A DNA stretch of 64,000 nt from contig OZ024743.1 in the NCBI GenBank assembly GCA_964016885.1, positions 136,338,001 through 136,402,000 on the forward strand, read 5' to 3'. The position numbers and the translations under genes are program-made. The notes below the pieces were generated by a model, which saw only the letters and a list, made by a program, of their open reading frames with translations, was not told the origin of the DNA and made no database searches. This document shows, in pieces, positions 13,701 to 25,600 of this stretch (position 1 is the first letter of the stretch; each line of letters begins with the position of its first letter). The DNA is from Eledone cirrhosa (lineage: Eukaryota).

Positions 13701-13964
13701 GTACTTGGGGTTTGGTGTTTGGTGCTTGGTGCTTGGTGTTTGGTGCTTGGTGCTTGGTGCTTGGTGTTTGGTGTTTGGTGCTTGCTGCTTGGTGCTTGGT
13801 GTTTGGTGCTTGGTGCTTGGTGATTAGTGTTTGGTGCATGGTGCTTGGTGTTTGTTGTTTGGTGCTTGGTGCTTGGTGTTTGGTGCTTGGTGCTTGCTGT
13901 TTGGTGTTTAGTGTTTGGTGCTTGGTGCTTGGTGTTTGGTGTTTGGTGCTTGGTGTTTGGTGCT

Positions 13965-16900
13965 TGGTGCTTGGTGTTTGGAGCTTGGTGTTTGGTGCTT
14001 GGTGTATGTACTTGGTGCTTGGTGCTTGGTGTTTGGTGCTTGGTGCTTGGTGCTTGGTGTTTGGTGCTTGGTGCTTGGTGTTTGGTACTTGGTGCTTGGT
14101 GTTTGGTGTTTGGTGTTTGGTGTTTGGTGCTTGGTGCTTGGTGCTTGGTGTTAAGTGTTTGGTGCTTGGTGCTTGGTGTTTGGTGCTTCGTGCTTGGTGC
14201 TTGGTGTTTGGTGCATGGTGCTTGATGTTTGGGGCTTGGTGCCTGGTGCTTGGTGTTTGGTGCTTGGTGCTTGGTGCTTGGTGTTTGGTGTTTGGTGCTT
14301 GGTGCTTGGTGTTTGGTGCTTGGTGCTTGGTGCTTGGTGTTCGGTGCTTGGTGCTAGGTGCTTGGTACTTGGTGTTAGGTTTTTGGTGCTCGGGGCTTGG
14401 TGTTTGATGTTTGGTCCTTGGTGCTTGGTGTTTGGTGTTTGGTGCTTGGTGCTTGGTGCTTGGTGTTTCGTGTTTGGTGCTTGCTGCTTGCTGCTTGGTG
14501 TTTGGTGCTTGGTGATTGGTGCTTGGTGTTTGGTGCTTGGTGGTTGGTGCTTGGTGTTTGGTGTTTGGTGCTAGGTGCTTGGTGCTTGGTGTTTGGTGCT
14601 TGGTGCTTGGTGTTTGGTGTTTGATGCTTGGTGCTTGGGGCTTGGTGTTTGGTGCTTGCTGCTTGGTGTTTGGTGCTTGCTGCTTGGTGTTTGTTGTTTG
14701 GTGTTTGGTGCTTGGTGTTTGGTGCTTGGTGCTTGGTGCTGGGTGGTTGATGTTTGGTGCTTGGTGCTTGGTGTTTGGTGCTTGGTGCTTGGTGCTTATT
14801 GTTTGGTGCTTGGTGCTTGGTGCTTGGTGCTTGGTCTTTGGTGCTTGGTGTTTGGTGTTTGGTGTTTGGTGTTTGTGCTTGGTGCTTGGTGCTTGGTGTT
14901 TGGTGCTAGGTGCTTAACGCTTGGTGTTTGGTTCTTGGTGCTTGGTGCTTGGTGATTAGTGTTTGGTGATTGGTGCTTGGGGTTTGGTGTTTTGTGTTTG
15001 CTGTTTGGTGTATGCGGTTTGGTGTCTGCTTTTTGGTGTTTGGTGTTTGCTGTATGGTGTTTGCTGTTTTGTGTTTCGTGTTTGCTGTTTGGTGTTTGGT
15101 GCTTGGTGCTTGGTGCTTGGTGTTTGGTGCTTGGTGCTTGGTGCTTGGTGTTTGGCGTTTGCTGTTTGCTGTTTGGTGTTTGGTGTTTGCTGTTTGGTGT
15201 TTGCTGTTTGGTGTTTGGTGCTTGGTGCTTGGTGGCTGGTGTTCGGCGCTTGGTGTTTGGATTTTGGTCCTTGGTGCTTGGTGCTTGGTGTTTGGTGTTT
15301 GGTATTTGGTGCTTGGTGCTTGGTGCTTGGTGTTCGGTGGTTGGTGCTTGGTGCTTGGTGTTTAATGCTGCGTGCTTGGTGTTTGGTGTTTGGTGCTTGG
15401 TGCTTGGTGTTTGGTGATTGGAGCTTGGTGCCTGGTGCTTGTTGTTTGGTGCCTGGTGCTTGTTGTTTGGTGTTTGGTGCTTGGTGCTTGGTGTTTGGTG
15501 CTTGGTGCTTGGTGCTTGATGTTTGGTGCTTGGTGCTTGGTGTTTGGTGCTTGGTGCTTGGTGCTTGGTGCTTGGTGTTAGGTGTTTGGTGCTTGGTGCT
15601 TGGTGTTTGATGTTTGGTCCTTGGTGCTTGGTGTTTGGTGTTTGGTGCTTGGTGCTTGGTGTTTGGTGTTTTGTGTTTGGAGTTTGGTGCTTGGTGTTTG
15701 GTGCTTCGGGCTTGGTGCTTGGTGTTTGGTGCTTGGTGCTTGGTGTTTGGTGCTTGGTGCCTGGTGCTTGGTGTTTGGTGCTTGGTGCTTGGTGTTTGGT
15801 GATTGGTGCTTGGTGTTTGGTGCTTGGTGCTTGGTGCCTGGTGCTTGGTGTTAGGTGTTTGGTGCTTGGTGCTTGGTGTTTGATGTTTGGTCCTTGGTGC
15901 TTGGTGTTTGGTGTTTGGTGCTTGGTGTTTGGTGTTTGGTGTTTGGTGCTTGGTGCTTGATGTTTGGTGCTTGCTGCCTGCTGCATGGGTTTTGGTGCTT
16001 GGTGATTGGTGCTTGGTGTTTTGCGCTTGGTGCTTGGTGTTTGGTGTTTGGTGTTTGGTGCTTGGTGCTTGGTGCTTGGTGCTTGGTGTTTGGTGCTGCG
16101 TGCTTGGTGTTTGGTGCTGCGTGCTTGGTGTTTGGTGTCTGGAGTTTGGTGCTTGGTGCTTGGTGCCTGGTGTTTCGTGCTTGGTGCTTGGTGCTTGGTG
16201 TTTGGTGTTTGGTGCTTGGTGTGTGGTGCTTGGTGCCTGGTGCTTGGTGTTTGGTGCTTGGAGCTTGGTGTTTGGTGATTGGTGCTTGGTGTTTGGTGAT
16301 TGGTGCTTGATGCTTGGTTCTTGGCGTTAGGTGTTTGGTGCTTGGTGCTTGGTGTTTGATGTTTGGTCCTTGGTGCTTGGTGTTTGGTGTTTGGTGCTTG
16401 GTGCTTGTTGTTTGGTGTTTGGTGCTTGCTGCTTGCTGCTTGGTGTTTGGTGCTTGGTGTTTTGTGCTTGATGCTTGGTGTTTGTTGTTTGGTGCTAGGG
16501 GCTTAGTGCTTGGTGCTTGGTGTTTGGTGCTTGGTGCTTGCTGTTTGGTGTTTGGTGCTTGGTGCGTGGGACTTAGTGTTTGGTGTTTGGTGCTTGGTGT
16601 TTGGTGCTTGGTGTTTGGGGTTTGGTGTTCGGTGCTTGGTGCCTGGTGCTTGGGGCTTGGTGTTTGGTGTTTGGTGCTTGGTGCTTGGTGTTTGATGTTG
16701 GGTCCTTGGTGCTTGGTGCTTGGTGTTTGGTGCTTGGTGTTTGGTGCTTGGTGCTTGATGTTTGGTGTTTGGTTCTTGGTGCTTGGTGTTTGGTGTTTGG
16801 TGTTTGGTGCTTGGTGTTTGGAGCTTGGTGTTTGGTGCTTGGTGTATGTACTTGGTGCTTGGTGCTTGGTGTTTGGTGCTTGGTGCTTGGTGCTTGGTGT

Positions 16901-19655
16901 TTGGTGCTTGGTGCTTGGTGTTTGGTACTTGGTGCTTGGTGTTTGGTGTTTGGTGTTTGGTGTTTGGTGCTTGGTGCTTGGTGCTTGGTGTTAAGTGTTT
17001 GGTGCTTGGTGCTTGGTGTTTGGTGCTTCGTGCTTGGTGCTTGGTGTTTGGTGCATGGTGCTTGATGTTTGGGGCTTGGTGCCTGGTGCTTGGTGTTTGG
17101 TGCTTGGTGCTTGGTGCTTGGTGTTTGGTGTTTGGTGCTTGGTGCTTGGTGTTTGGTGCTTGGTGCTTGGTGCTTGGTGTTCGGTGCTTGGTGCTAGGTG
17201 CTTGGTACTTGGTGTTAGGTTTTTGGTGCTCGGGGCTTGGTGTTTGATGTTTGGTCCTTGGTGCTTGGTGTTTGGTGTTTGGTGCTTGGTGCTTGGTGCT
17301 TGGTGTTTCGTGTTTGGTGCTTGCTGCTTGCTGCTTGGTGTTTGGTGCTTGGTGATTGGTGCTTGGTGTTTGGTGCTTGGTGGTTGGTGCTTGGTGTTTG
17401 GTGTTTGGTGCTAGGTGCTTGGTGCTTGGTGTTTGGTGCTTGGTGCTTGGTGTTTGGTGTTTGATGCTTGGTGCTTGGGGCTTGGTGTTTGGTGCTTGCT
17501 GCTTGGTGTTTGGTGCTTGCTGCTTGGTGTTTGTTGTTTGGTGTTTGGTGCTTGGTGTTTGGTGCTTGGTGCTTGGTGCTGGGTGGTTGATGTTTGGTGC
17601 TTGGTGCTTGGTGTTTGGTGCTTGGTGCTTGGTGCTTATTGTTTGGTGCTTGGTGCTTGGTGCTTGGTGCTTGGTCTTTGGTGCTTGGTGTTTGGTGTTT
17701 GGTGTTTGGTGTTTGTGCTTGGTGCTTGGTGCTTGGTGTTTGGTGCTAGGTGCTTAACGCTTGGTGTTTGGTTCTTGGTGCTTGGTGCTTGGTGATTAGT
17801 GTTTGGTGATTGGTGCTTGGGGTTTGGTGTTTTGTGTTTGCTGTTTGGTGTATGCGGTTTGGTGTCTGCTTTTTGGTGTTTGGTGTTTGCTGTATGGTGT
17901 TTGCTGTTTTGTGTTTCGTGTTTGCTGTTTGGTGTTTGGTGCTTGGTGCTTGGTGCTTGGTGTTTGGTGCTTGGTGCTTGGTGCTTGGTGTTTGGCGTTT
18001 GCTGTTTGCTGTTTGGTGTTTGGTGTTTGCTGTTTGGTGTTTGCTGTTTGGTGTTTGGTGCTTGGTGCTTGGTGGCTGGTGTTCGGCGCTTGGTGTTTGG
18101 ATTTTGGTCCTTGGTGCTTGGTGCTTGGTGTTTGGTGTTTGGTATTTGGTGCTTGGTGCTTGGTGCTTGGTGTTCGGTGGTTGGTGCTTGGTGCTTGGTG
18201 TTTAATGCTGCGTGCTTGGTGTTTGGTGTTTGGTGCTTGGTGCTTGGTGTTTGGTGATTGGAGCTTGGTGCCTGGTGCTTGTTGTTTGGTGCCTGGTGCT
18301 TGTTGTTTGGTGTTTGGTGCTTGGTGCTTGGTGTTTGGTGCTTAGTGCTTGGTGCTTGATGTTTGGTGCTTGGTGCTTGGTGTTTGGTGCTTGGTGCTTG
18401 GTGCTTGGTGCTTGGTGTTAGGTGTTTGGTGCTTGGTGCTTGGTGTTTGATGTTTGGTCCTTGGTGCTTGGTGTTTGGTGTTTGGTGCTTGGTGCTTGGT
18501 GTTTGGTGTTTTGTGTTTGGAGTTTGGTGCTTGGTGTTTGGTGCTTCGGGCTTGGTGCTTGGTGTTTGGTGCTTGGTGCTTGGTGTTTGGTGCTTGGTGC
18601 CTGGTGCTTGGTGTTTGGTGCTTGGTGCTTGGTGTTTGGTCTTTGGTGCTTGGTGTTTGGTGCTTGGTGCTTGGTGCCTGGTGCTTGGTGTTAGGTGTTT
18701 GGTGCTTGGTGCTTGGTGTTTGATGTTTGGTCCTTGGTGCTTGGTGTTTGGTGTTTGGTGCTTGGTGTTTGGTGTTTGGTGTTTGGTGCTTGGTGCTTGA
18801 TGTTTGGTGCTTGCTGCCTGCTGCATGGGTTTTGGTGCTTGGTGATTGGTGCTTGGTGTTTTGCGCTTGGTGCTTGGTGTTTGGTGTTTGGTGTTTGGTG
18901 CTTGGTGCTTGGTGCTTGGTGCTTGGTGTTTGGTGCTGCGTGCTTGGTGTTTGGTGCTGCGTGCTTGGTGTTTGGTGTCTGGAGTTTGGTGCTTGGTGCT
19001 TGGTGCCTGGTGTTTCGTGCTTGGTGCTTGGTGCTTGGTGTTTGGTGTTTGGTGCTTGGTGTGTGGTGCTTGGTGCCTGGTGCTTGGTGTTTGGTGCTTG
19101 GAGCTTGGTGTTTGGTGATTGGTGCTTGGTGTTTGGTGATTGGTGCTTGATGCTTGGTTCTTGGCGTTAGGTGTTTGGTGCTTGGTGCTTGGTGTTTGAT
19201 GTTTGGTCCTTGGTGCTTGGTGTTTGGTGTTTGGTGCTTGGTGCTTGTTGTTTGGTGTTTGGTGCTTGCTGCTTGCTGCTTGGTGTTTGGTGCTTGGTGT
19301 TTTGTGCTTGATGCTTGGTGTTTGTTGTTTGGTGCTAGGGGCTTAGTGCTTGGTGCTTGGTGTTTGGTGCTTGGTGCTTGCTGTTTGGTGTTTGGTGCTT
19401 GGTGCGTGGGACTTAGTGTTTGGTGTTTGGTGCTTGGTGTTTGGTGCTTGGTGTTTGGGGCTTGGTGTTCGGTGCTTGGTGCCTGGTGCTTGGGGCTTGG
19501 TGTTTGGTGTTTGGTGCTTGGTGCTTGGTGTTTGATGTTGGGTCCTTGGTGCTTGGTGCTTGGTGTTTGGTGCTTGGTGTTTGGTGCTTGGTGCTTGATG
19601 TTTGGTGTTTGGTTCTTGGTGCTTGGTGTTTGGTGTTTGGTGTTTGGTGCTTGGT
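13965..19655 (+). repeat. Tandem duplication, 2 x 2840 bp
   Basis: ORF pairs 14155/16995, 14796/17636, 15855/18695 and 16314/19154 are all offset by 2840. Junction near 16805. Only a few substitutions differ (e.g. near 18343 and 18641). Confidence 0.93.
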
Positions 19656-22600
19656 GCTTGGTGCTTGGTGTTTGGTGCTTGGTGCATGGTGCTTGGTGCT
19701 GCGTGCTTGGTGTTTGGTGTTTGGTGCTTGGTGCCTGGTGCTTGTTGTTTGGTGTTTGGTGCTTAATGCTTGGTGTTTGGTGTTTGGTGCTTGGTGCTTG
19801 GTGGCTGGTGTTTGGTGCTTGGTGTTTGGAGTTTGCTGCTTGGTGCTTGGTGCCTGGTGTTTCGTGCATGGTGCTTGGTGTTTGGTGCTTGGTGCTTGGT
19901 GCTTGGTGCTTGGTGTTTGGTGCTTGGTGTTTGATGCTGCGTGCTTGGGGCTTGGTGTTTGGTGCTTGGTGCTTGGTGTTTGGTGTTTGGTGCTTGGTGC
20001 TTGGGGCTTGGTGTTTGGTGCTTGGTGCTTTGTGCTTGGTGTTTAGTGTTTGGTGTTTGGTGCTTGGTGTTTGGTGCTTGGTGCTTGGTGCTGGGTGGTT
20101 GGTGTTTGGTGCTTGGTGCTTGGTGTTTGGTGCTTGGTGCTTGGTGCTTGGTGCTTGGTCTTTGGTGCTTGGAGTTTGGTGGTTGGTGCTTGGTGCATGG
20201 TGTTTGGTGTTTGGTGTTTGCTGTTTGGTGTCTGCTTTTTGGTATTTAGTGTTTGCTGTATGGTGTTTGCTGTTTCGTATTTGGTGCTTGGTGTTTGGTG
20301 CTTGGTGCTTGGTGTTTGGCGTTTGGTGCTTGGTGCTTGGTGTTTGGTGCTTGGTGCTTGGTGTTTGGTGTTTGGTGCTTGGTGCCTGGTGCTTGTTGTT
20401 TGGTGTTTGGTGCTTGGTGCTTGGTGTTTGGTGTTTGGTGCTTGGTGTCTGGTGTTTGGTGCTTGGTGTTTGGTGTTTGGTGCTTGGTGCTTGGTGTTGG
20501 TGTTTGGTGTTTGGTGCTTGGTGCTTGGTGTTTGGTGTTTGGTGCTGGGTGCTTGGAGTTTGGTGCTTGGTGTTTGGTGCTTAGTGCTTGGTGTTTGGTG
20601 TTTGGTTCTTGCTGTTTGGTGTTTGGTGTTTGATGCTTGGTTTTTGCTGCTTGTTGCTTGGTGCTTGGTGCTTGGTGTTCTGTGTTTGGTGCTTGGTGCT
20701 TGGTGATTAGTGTTTGGTGCTTGGTGCTTGGTGTTTGGTGTTTCGTGTTTCGTGCTTGGTGTCTAGTGTTTGGGTTTTGGTGTTTGGTGCTTGGTGCTTA
20801 GTGTTTGGTGTTTGTGCTCGGTGCTTGGTGTTTGGTGTTTGGTGCTTGGTATTTGGTGCTTGGTGCTTTGTGCTTGCTGTTTGGTGCTGGGTGTATGGTG
20901 TTTGGTGCTTGGTGCTTGGTGCTTGGTGTTTGGTGTTTGGTGCTTGGTACTTGGTGTTTGGTGTTTGATGCTTGGTGTTTGATGCTTGTTGCTTGGTGCT
21001 TGATGTTTTGTGTTTGGTGTTTGGTGCTTGGTGTATGTACTTGGTGCTTGGTGCTTGGTGTTTGGTGCTTGGTTCTTGGTGCTTGGTGCTTGGTGCTTGG
21101 TGTTTGGTGCTTGGTGCTTGGTGTTTGGTGCTTGGTGTTTGGTGTTTGGTGCTTGGTGTTTGGTACTTGGTGCTTGGTGCTTGGTGTTAAGTGTTTGGTG
21201 CTTGGTGCTTGGTGTTTGGTGCTTCGTGCTTGGTGCTTGGTGTTTGGGGCTTGGTGCCTGGTGCTTTGTGTTTGGTGCTAGGTGCTTGGTGCTTGGTCTT
21301 CGGTGTTTGGTGCTTGGTGCTTGGTGCTTGGTGTTTGGTGCTTGGTGCTTGGTGCTTGGTTATTAGTGTTTGGTGCTTGGTGCTTGGGGTTTGGTGTTTG
21401 GTGCTTGGTGCTTTGTGTTTGGTGTTTGCTGTATGGTGTTTGCTGTTTCGTGTTTGGTGTTTGCTGTTTGGTGTTTAATGCTTGGTGCTTGGTGCTTGGT
21501 GTTTGGTGCTTGGTGCTTGGTGCTTGGTGTTTGGCGTTTGCTCTTTGCTGTTTGGTGTTTGGTGCTTGCTGTTTGGTGTTTGGTGTTTGGTGTTTGGTGT
21601 TTGGTGCTTGCTATTTGGTGCTTGGTGCTTGGTGTTTGGTGTTTGGTGCTTGGTGTGTGGTGTTAAGTGTTTGGTGCTTGGTGCTTGTTGTTTGGTGCTT
21701 CGTGCTTGGGGCTTGGTGTTTGGTGCATGGTGCTTGGTGTTTGGCGCTTGGTGCCTGGTGCTTTGTGTTTGGTGCTAGGTGCTTGGTGCTTGGTGTTTGG
21801 TGCTTGGTGCTTGGTGCTTGGTTATTAGTGTTTGGTGCTTGGTGCTTGGGGTTTGGTGTTTGGTGCTTGGTGCTTGGTGTTTGGTGTTTGCTGTATGGTG
21901 TTTGCTGTTTCGTGTTTGGTGTTTGCTGTTTGGTGTTTAATGCTTGGTGCTTGGTGCTTGGTGTTTGGTGCTTGGTGCTTGGTGCTTGGTGTTTGGCGTT
22001 TGCTCTTTGCTGTTTGGTGTTTGGTGCTTGCTGTTTGGTGTTTGGTGTTTGGTGTTTGGTGTTTGGTGCTTGCTGTTTGGTGCTTGGTGCTTGGTGTTTG
22101 GTCTTTGGTGTTTGGTGCTTGGTGCTTGGTGTTTGGTGCTTGGTGCTTGGTGCTTGGTGCTGGGTGTTTGGTGCTTGGTGCTTGGTGTTTGGTGCTTGGT
22201 GCTTGATGCTTGGTGCTTGGTGTTTGGTCCTTGGTGCTTGGTGCTTGGTCTTTGGTACTTGGGGTTTGGTGTTTGGTGCTTGGTGCTTGGTGTTTGGTGC
22301 TTGGTGCTTGGTGCTTGGTGTTTGGTGTTTGGTGCTTGCTGCTTGGTGCTTGGTGTTTGGTGCTTGGTGCTTGGTGATTAGTGTTTGGTGCATGGTGCTT
22401 GGTGTTTGTTGTTTGGTGCTTGGTGCTTGGTGTTTGGTGCTTGGTGCTTGCTGTTTGGTGTTTAGTGTTTGGTGCTTGGTGCTTGGTGTTTGGTGTTTGA
22501 TGCTTGGTGTTTGGTGCTTGGTGCTTGCGGTTTGGAGCTTGGTGTTTGGTGCTTGGTGTATGTACTTGGTGCTTGGTGCTTGGTGTTTGGTGCTTAGTTC

Positions 22601-25600
22601 TTGGTGTTTGGTGCTTGGTGCTTGGTGCTTGGTGTTTGGTGCTTGGTGCTTGGTGTTTGGTACTTGGTGCTTGGTGTTTGGTGTTTGGTGTTAAGTGTTT
22701 GGTGCTTGGTGCTTGGTGTTTGGTGCTTCGTGCTTGGTGCTTGGTGTTTGGTGCTTGGTGCTTGGTGTTTGGTGATTGGTGCTTGGTGTTTGGTGCTTGG
22801 TGCTTGGTGCCTGGTGCTTGGTGTTAGGTGTTTGGTGCTTGGTGCTTGGTGTTTGATGTTTGGTCCTTGGGGCTTGGTGTTTGATGTTTGGTCCTTGGTG
22901 CTTGGTGTTTGGTGTTTGGTGCTTGGTGCTTGGTGCTTGGTGTTTCGTGTTTGGTGCTTGCTGCTTGCTGCTTGGTGTTTGGTGCTTGGTGATTGGTGCT
23001 TGGTGTTTGGTGCTTGGTGGTTGGTGCTTGGTGTTTGGTGTTTGGTGCTAGGTGCTTGGTGCTTGGTGTTTGGTGCTTGGTGCTTGGTGTTTGGTGTTTG
23101 ATGCTTGGTGCTTGGGGCTTGGTGTTTGGTGCTTGCTGCTTGGTGTTTGGTGCTTGCTGCTTGGTGTTTGTTGTTTGGTGTTTGGTGCTTGGTGTTTGGT
23201 GCTTGGTGCTTGGTGCTGGGTGGTTGATGTTTGGTGCTTGGTGCTTGGTGTTTGGTGCTTGGTGCTTGGTGCTTATTGTTTGGTGCTTGGTGCTTGGTGC
23301 TTGGTGCTTGGTCTTTGGTGCTTGGTGTTTGGTGTTTGGTGTTTGGTGTTTGTGCTTGGTGCTTGGTGCTTGGTGTTTGGTGCTAGGTGCTTAACGCTTG
23401 GTGTTTGGTGCTTGGTGCTTGGTGCTTGGTCATTAGTGTTTGGTGATTGGTGCTTGGGGTTTGGTGTTTTGTGTTTGCTGTTTGGTGTATGCGGTTTGGT
23501 GTCTGCTTTTTGGTGTTTGGTGTTTGCTGTATGGTGTTTGCTGTTTTGTGTTTCGTGCTTGCTGTTTGGTGTTTGGTGCTTGGTGCTTGGTGCTTGGTGT
23601 TTGGTGCTTGGTGCTTGGTGCTTGGTGTTTGGCGTTTGCTGTTTGCTGTTTGGTGTTTGGTGTTTGCTGTTTGGTGTTTGCTGTTTGGTGTTTGGTGCTT
23701 GGTGCTTGGTGGCTGGTGTTCGGCGCTTGGTGTTTGGATTTTGGTCCTTGGTGCTTGGTGCTTGGTGTTTGGTGTTTGGTATTTGGTGCTTGGTGCTTGG
23801 TGCTTGGTGTTTGGTGGTTGGTGCTTGGTGCTTGGTGTTTAATGCTGCGTGCTTGGTGTTTGGTGTTTGGTGCTTGGTGCTTGGTGTTTGGTGATTGGAG
23901 CTTGGTGCCTGGTGCTTGTTGTTTGGTGCCTGGTGCTTGTTGTTTGGTGTTTGGTGCTTGGTGCTTGGTGTTTGGTGCTTGGTGCTCTGTGCTTGATGTT
24001 TGGTGCTTGGTGCTTGGTGTTTGGTGCTTGGTGCTTGGTGCTTGGTGCTTGGTGTTAGGTGTTTGGTGCTTGGTGCTTGGTGTTTGATGTTTGGTCCTTG
24101 GTGCTTGGTGTTTGGTGTTTGGTGCTTGGTGCTTGGTGTTTGGTGTTTTGTGTTTGGAGTTTGGTGCTTGGTGTTTGGTGCTTCGGGCTTGGTGCTTGGT
24201 GTTTGGTGCTTGGTGGTTGGTGTTTGGTGCTTGGTGCCTGGTGCTTGGTGTTTGGTGCTTGGTGCTTGGTGTTTGGTGATTGGTGCTTGGTGTTTGGTGC
24301 TTGGTGCTTGGTGCCTGGTGCTTGGTGTTAGGTGTTTGGTGCTTGGTGCTTGGTGTTTGATGTTTGGTCCTTGGTGCTTGGTGTTTGGTGTTTGGTGCTT
24401 GGTGTTTGGTGTTTGGTGTTTGGTGCTTCGTGCTTGGTGTTTGGTGCTTGCTGCCTGCTGCATGGGTTTTGGTGCTTGGTGATTGGTGCTTGGTGTTTTG
24501 CGCTTGGTGCTTGGTGTTTGGTGTTTGGTGTTTGGTGCTTGGTGCTTGGTGCTTGGTGCTTGGTGTTTGGTGCTGCGTGCTTGGTGTTTGGTGTCTGGAG
24601 TTTGGTGCTTGGTGCTTGGTGCCTGGTGTTTAGTGCTTGGTGCTTGGTGCTTGGTGTTTGGTGTTTGGTGCTTGGTGTTTGGTGCTTGGTGCCTGGTGCT
24701 TGGTGTTTGGTGCTTGGAGCTTGGTGTTTGGTGATTGGTGCTTGGTGTTTGGTGATTGGTGCTTGATGCTTGGTTCTTGGCGTTAGGTGTTTGGTGCTTG
24801 GTGCTTGGTGTTTGATGTTTGGTCCTTGGTGCTTGGTGTTTGGTGTTTGGTGCTTGGTGCTTGTTGTTTGGTGTTTGGTGCTTGCTGCTTGCTGCTTGGT
24901 GTTTGGTGCTTGGTGTTTTGTGCTTGATGCTTGGTGTTTGTTGTTTGGTGCTAGGGGCTTAGTGCTTGGTGCTTGGTGTTTGGTGCTTGGTGCTTGCTGT
25001 TTGGTGTTTGGTGCTTGGTGCGTGGGACTTAGTGTTTGGTGTTTGGTGCTTGGTGTTTGGTGCTTGGTGTTTGGGGCTTGGTGTTCGGTGCTTGGTGCCT
25101 GGTGCTTGGGGCTTGGTGTTTGGTGTTTGGTGCTTGGTGCTTGGTGTTTGATGTTGGGTCCTTGGTGCTTGGTGCTTGGTGTTTGGTGCTTGGTGTTTGG
25201 TGCTTGGTGCTTGATCTTTGGTGTTTGGTTCTTGGTGCTTGGTGTTTGGTGTTTGGTGTTTGGTGCTTGGTGCTTGGTGCTTGGTGTTTGGTGCTTGGTG
25301 CATGGTGCTTGGTGCTGCGTGCTTGGTGTTTGGTGTTTGGTGCTTGGTGCCTGGTGCTTGTTGTTTGGTGTTTGGTGCTTAATGCTTGGTGTTTGGTGTT
25401 TGGTGCTTGGTGCTTGGTGGCTGGTGTTTGGTGCTTGGTGTTTGGAGTTTGCTGCTTGGTGCTTGGTGCCTGGTGTTTCGTGCTTGGTGCTTGGTGCTTG
25501 GTGCTTGGTGTTTGGTGCTTGGTGCTTGGTGCCTGGTGCTTGGTGTTAGGTGTTTGGTGCTTGGTGCTTGGTGTTTGATGTTTGGTCCTTGGTGCTTGGT

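Noticed and set aside
14796-15986. Minus-strand (KHQAPST)n ORFs resembling mucin or adhesin repeats (also 17636, 18691, 23273, 25546, 30128)
   Set aside because: These are the reverse reading of the satellite. There is no signal peptide or unique domain, and ORF limits are set by chance variant units and replicated by the duplications.
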